Assembly: GCA_035542035.1 (NCBI GenBank)
Contig: DATKME010000055.1
Coordinates: 318 to 64,317, forward strand
Direction of reading: 5' to 3'
Source of the DNA: Vicinamibacteria bacterium
GTDB lineage: Bacteria > Acidobacteriota > Vicinamibacteria > Fen-336
DNA length: 64,000 bases
In this document: positions 60,805 to 64,000 of the stretch, in pieces
Numbering within the stretch: position 1 is the first letter of the stretch
Layout: every line of letters begins with the position of its first letter
Translations under genes and position numbers: made by a program
The notes under the pieces: generated by a model
The model's database searches: none
The model's input: the letters and a program-made list of their open reading frames with translations, nothing else
What the model was told of the DNA's origin: nothing

Positions 60805-61179
60805 ATGGACGAGAACGACGGCGTGCTGGCGAGCCGGCTGGAGGTGGTCTCCGTCGCCGAGGTGGAGGGCCTGCTGGTTGCGGCCGGCGCGGCAGCGCCG
60901 TTCAGCGCAGCGGAGGTCGCCTACGCCCAGGCGAAGAGCGATCCGGCGCGGCGCCTCGCCGCCCGGCTGGCGGCCAAGCGCGCGGCGGCGCAGCTCCTCG
61001 GCGGCGCGGTGACGCCGGCGGACGTCGAGGTGATCCGTGGCGCGTACGGCCCCCCGGCGCTCCGCCTCTCGCCCCGCGGACGGCAGAGCCTGCGCGAGCG
61101 GGGGGCGGCACGGCTGCTCGTCAGCCTGACGCACGAGCGCGCTCACGCCGCGGCGCTGGTGGTGCTGGTGTCCGCGTGA
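60805..61179 (+). CDS. acpS: holo-ACP synthase (AcpS)-like protein
   Basis: The length and the pattern ...FSAAEVAYA...RRLAARLAAKRAAAQLLG...VEV...GPP...LLVSLTHERAHAAALVVL fit AcpS. However, the usual AAKEA Glu reads Arg here. Confidence 0.6.
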   Translation: MDENDGVLASRLEVVSVAEVEGLLVAAGAAAPFSAAEVAYAQAKSDPARRLAARLAAKRAAAQLLGGAVTPADVEVIRGAYGPPALRLSPRGRQSLRERGAARLLVSLTHERAHAAALVVLVSA

Positions 61180-62174
61180 GCCGCGGCGCCTGGCTGGCCT
61201 GGCTGATGGCGGCCCTAGTGCTGGCGGGGACGGGGGTCGTCCTCTATCTGGCCTACGCGCCTGCGGGCGACAGCGCGCCCCACCCCTTCAACCACGACCG
61301 CAACGCCATCTGGCTCGAGCACCGCTGGCTGGAGAGGAGCCAGAGCGCGCCGACCATGGAGGCGCTGTTCGGCCGGCTGCGCGCGCGGGGCGTCATCTAC
61401 CTCTACCCGCACCTCATCCCCTTCGACGCGGCGGGCAAACTGCCGCCGCACGACCGCGAGCAGACGCAGGCCTTCCTGGCGGCCGCCCGCCGCGTCGCCC
61501 CCGAGCTGAAGGTGCTGCCCTGGGTGGGCGGTGTGCGCGCCGGCTACCGGCGGCAGCGGCCGGGGACGCTGCAGCTCAGCGACCTCGCGCAGCGGCAGCG
61601 GATGGTGGCCGAGGTGCGCGGGCTGGTGGACGACGGCTTCGACGGCGTGCACCTCAACATCGAGCCGATCGACGACGGCAACGTCGAGTTCCTGGCGCTG
61701 CTGCGCGCGCTGCGCACGGCGGTGGGCTCCTCCCACCTGCTGTCAGTCGCCGCCACCCGTCCCGCGCCCGTGGGCCTGCCGCGCGCGCCGAACTTCGCCT
61801 GGAGCCCCGACTACTACGCGAGGGTGGCCGCCCTGGTCGACCAGGTGGTGATCATGGCCTACGACACCGCGCTGCCCACGCCGCAGCTCTACCGGCGCTA
61901 CCTGACCTGGGCCGCTGGCTCGGTGGCGGGGGCGCTCGACCAGTCCGGCTCCAAGGCGCGGGTGCTGATGGGCGTCCCCACCTACGAGAACTTCGGCTTC
62001 ATGCACCGGGCGGGGGTGGAGACGCCGGAGAACGCCCTGGTCGGCATCGTGGCCGGCCTGCGCGGGCTGGGCGTGCGCGGCACCTTCGAGGGCGTCGCCA
62101 TCTACGCCGAGTGGACCACCAGCGACGAGGACTGGGCGATCTACGAGCGCTACTGGCGCAATCGCGGGGACTGA
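61176..62174 (+). CDS. membrane-anchored TIM-barrel-like protein (GH18/DUF4015-like putative glycoside hydrolase)
   Basis: N-terminal TM helix WLAWLMAALVLAGTGVVLYLAY. FDGVHLNIEP resembles the GH18 DxxDxDxE region. GTGA overlap with the acpS-like gene. The function call is weak. Confidence 0.5.
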   Translation: MSRGAWLAWLMAALVLAGTGVVLYLAYAPAGDSAPHPFNHDRNAIWLEHRWLERSQSAPTMEALFGRLRARGVIYLYPHLIPFDAAGKLPPHDREQTQAFLAAARRVAPELKVLPWVGGVRAGYRRQRPGTLQLSDLAQRQRMVAEVRGLVDDGFDGVHLNIEPIDDGNVEFLALLRALRTAVGSSHLLSVAATRPAPVGLPRAPNFAWSPDYYARVAALVDQVVIMAYDTALPTPQLYRRYLTWAAGSVAGALDQSGSKARVLMGVPTYENFGFMHRAGVETPENALVGIVAGLRGLGVRGTFEGVAIYAEWTTSDEDWAIYERYWRNRGD

Positions 62175-62175
62175 A

Positions 62176-62202
62176 CAGCTATACCATTTGATGATATAGC
62201 TG
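62176..62202. repeat. AT-rich hairpin element containing TGATATAGCTG (copy B)
   Basis: CAGCTATA-ccatttgatga-TATAGCTG, a perfect 8-bp stem. It fills the 33-nt gap between convergent stop codons at 62174 and 62208. Confidence 0.55.
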
Positions 62203-62207
62203 AGCCT

Positions 62208-62891
62208 TCAGGCGGCGGCCGCCTGGTCCTCCACGATCTCGCCGTCGCGGATCTGCACCACCCGCGAGGCCAGGCGCGCCAGCGCCATGTCGTGGGTGAT
62301 CATCACGATGGTCTGCCCGGCCGCGTGCAGCTCGCGGAAGAGGCCGACGATGCCCTGGCCGGAGCTGGTGTCCAGGTTGCCGGTGGGCTCGTCAGCCAGC
62401 ACCAGGCTGGGGCGGTTCACCAGCGCCCGGGCGATCGCCACCCGCTGCATCTGGCCGCCCGACAGCTCGCTCGGCTTGTGGTCCATGCGGTCGGCCAGGC
62501 CCACCTTGTCGAGCATGGCCGAAGCCCGAGCCCGCCGCTCCTTCGCCCCCACCCCGCCGAACAGCAGCGGCAGCTCCACGTTCTCCAGCGCGCTGGCGTA
62601 GGGCAGCAGGTTGAAGTTCTGGAACACGAAGCCGACGTGGCGGTTGCGGATCTCCGCCAGGCGGTTGCGGTCGAGCCCGCCCACGGCCTCGCCGGAGAGG
62701 CGGTAGAGGCCCGAGGTCGGGGTGTCCAGGCAGCCGAGCAGGTTCATCAGCGTCGACTTGCCCGAGCCCGAGGGGCCGACGATGGCCACGTACTCGTTGC
62801 GGTCGATGTCGAGGTCGACGCCCTTCAGGGCCTCCACCGCGACACGGCCGGTGTCGTAGACCTTCCGGATGGCGCGCATCTCGATCATCAT
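62208..62891 (-). CDS. ABC transporter ATP-binding protein (MacB/LolD type)
   Basis: Walker A GPSGSGKST, the Q-loop, signature LSGGQMQRVAIARAL and Walker B LVLADEPTGNLD. Confidence 0.95.
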   Translation of the reverse strand: MMIEMRAIRKVYDTGRVAVEALKGVDLDIDRNEYVAIVGPSGSGKSTLMNLLGCLDTPTSGLYRLSGEAVGGLDRNRLAEIRNRHVGFVFQNFNLLPYASALENVELPLLFGGVGAKERRARASAMLDKVGLADRMDHKPSELSGGQMQRVAIARALVNRPSLVLADEPTGNLDTSSGQGIVGLFRELHAAGQTIVMITHDMALARLASRVVQIRDGEIVEDQAAAA

Positions 62892-64000
62892 CACTCGTAC
62901 CTCAGGGAGACCGCGGGGTTGACGGAGGCGGCCCGCCGCGCTGGGAAGAAGCCGGCCAGCGTGCCGATGGTGCCCAGGATGGCGGCGGTCGCCACCGCCA
63001 CTGCCGGCGAGAAGGTGGGCCGGCCCATCAGGTCGAAGGCGTCGCCCTTCAGCGGCAGCGCGGCGATACCGAAGATCAGCAGCAGCGAGACGGTGGTCCC
63101 GACGGCCCCGCCGATCACGGTCATCAGGAGAGCCTCGCTGACGAAGGGCAGCATCAGCTGGCGCGGCTTGGCGCCGAGCGCCATCTTGACCCCGATCTCC
63201 CGGGTGCGCTCCTTCACCACCGCGTACATGATGTTGGCCACGCCCATGCCGCCCACCAGCAGGGTGAGCCCGCCGATGATGCCCAGGAAGATCTGGATGC
63301 CGAGGCCGACGTTGGCGTTGATCCTCTGCATCTCGGTGGTGTCCCACATGCCGAGCGAGCGCGTGTCCTCGGGGTCGAAGTGGTACTTGCGCCCCATCAC
63401 CCGGTAGAACTCGGCCTTGGCCACGTCGTGCTGGGAGAGGTCCACCGCCTTGAAGATCAGGTTGTCGATCTTCGCGTCGGTGTACATCGCCTTGTAGGTG
63501 GTGGCGGGGATCAGGGCGTGGCTCCTGTCCGGGCCGCCGTACATCCCCATCTGCAGCTTCTTCTGCATGACCCCGACCACGGTGAAGGTCGACTGGCTGA
63601 TCTGCAGCGTGCGGCCCACCACCTCCTCGCTGCCGAAGAGGTCGCGTGCCAGCTCGTCGCCGAGGAAGGCCACCCGCCGCTTCTCGACCATGTCCCGGGG
63701 GTTGATGAAGCGGCCGCCCTGCCGGGCCACCATGTTCCTCATGTCGCCGAAGTCCGGCTCCACGCCGCAGAGGTGCACGTTGCGGCTCTTGCCGGAGACG
63801 GCGATCGGCGCCTCCCGGTTGTACTCGAGCGAGATGGCCCCGATCTCGGGGACCGTGCGGCGCAGCAGCTCCACGTCCTCCTCGCGCGGGCGCACCGGCC
63901 TGCCCGAGGGCAGGCCCATGAAGGCTCGGGTGGTGGCCCCCGGCCACACCACCGCGATGCCCTCGCCCATGCCGCGCGCGCCCTTGCCGAGCGAGCGCTT
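62891..64000 (-). CDS. ABC transporter permease, MacB/FtsX family (N-terminus beyond the window end)
   Basis: A large periplasmic domain followed by FtsX TM helices (RTREIGVKMALGAKPRQL...). The frame stays open to base 64000. Confidence 0.9.
   Translation of the reverse strand, partial: KRSLGKGARGMGEGIAVVWPGATTRAFMGLPSGRPVRPREEDVELLRRTVPEIGAISLEYNREAPIAVSGKSRNVHLCGVEPDFGDMRNMVARQGGRFINPRDMVEKRRVAFLGDELARDLFGSEEVVGRTLQISQSTFTVVGVMQKKLQMGMYGGPDRSHALIPATTYKAMYTDAKIDNLIFKAVDLSQHDVAKAEFYRVMGRKYHFDPEDTRSLGMWDTTEMQRINANVGLGIQIFLGIIGGLTLLVGGMGVANIMYAVVKERTREIGVKMALGAKPRQLMLPFVSEALLMTVIGGAVGTTVSLLLIFGIAALPLKGDAFDLMGRPTFSPAVAVATAAILGTIGTLAGFFPARRAASVNPAVSLRYE

Overview
This is a very GC-rich bacterial chromosomal segment. 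I saw no rRNA, CRISPR array, transposase, integrase or prophage block. The gene content suggests Acidobacteriota or a related high-GC lineage, which is an inference: tandem acidobacterial-type VWA proteins, a LemA-TPM-TPM triad and an F0-only ATP synthase operon. I can support about 62 CDS, one tRNA(CAU), several promoter or operator candidates and two small AT-rich hairpin elements.

Layout:
- 1-10.9 kb, all minus strand: SCP2 protein, atpZ-I-B-E-F (F0 only), TPM/TPM/LemA, a polytopic membrane protein, nuoM, nuoL and mogA.
- 10.9-20.3 kb: two VWA proteins, a Tyr/His-rich secreted repeat protein, an ECF sigma/anti-sigma operon with two paralogous secreted proteins, a holin-family membrane protein with DUF4412, a GGDEF-PilZ cyclase, a LolA-like protein and an SGNH lipoprotein.
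- 20.4-26 kb, nitrogen neighbourhood: a GAF sigma54 activator, amtB-glnK, and an amidase preceded by a small Tat-signal protein.
- 26-35.5 kb: DUF4013, YihY, and AddB/AddA-like genes plus a Cas4-like nuclease.
- 35.5-44.4 kb: dienelactone hydrolase, ccsA/resB, an FHA membrane protein, DUF971, a CDF transporter, a GT2 enzyme and larB.
- 44.7-51.4 kb: mutS2-dnaG-rpoD and a SYLF protein.
- 52-57.3 kb: cheD-cheA-cheW-mcp-cheR.
- 57.3-64 kb: TPR protein, cupredoxin, tRNA, zinc-ribbon protein with RNase H, pgeF, an acpS-like gene, a TIM-barrel-like membrane protein and a MacB-type ABC pair.

I found no clear-cut new defence or mobile system. The most promising unexplained items are:
1. The ECF operon, whose two downstream secreted proteins share a C-terminal domain I cannot name, one carrying a CHRCEHGH insert. 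A His/Tyr-rich YYAP-repeat secreted protein sits next to it.
2. A small Tat-signal, GatC/AtzG-like ORF that is translationally coupled to a signal-less amidase.
3. A TGTCGG-N15-CCGAC palindrome found upstream of both the sigma54 activator gene and amtB.
4. A shared AT-rich TGATATAGCTG hairpin element placed directly after stop codons at two distant loci.
5. An MCP whose periplasmic domain carries a CXXCH haem motif.

All functional calls come from reading the translated ORFs and remembering family motifs. No database search was run.
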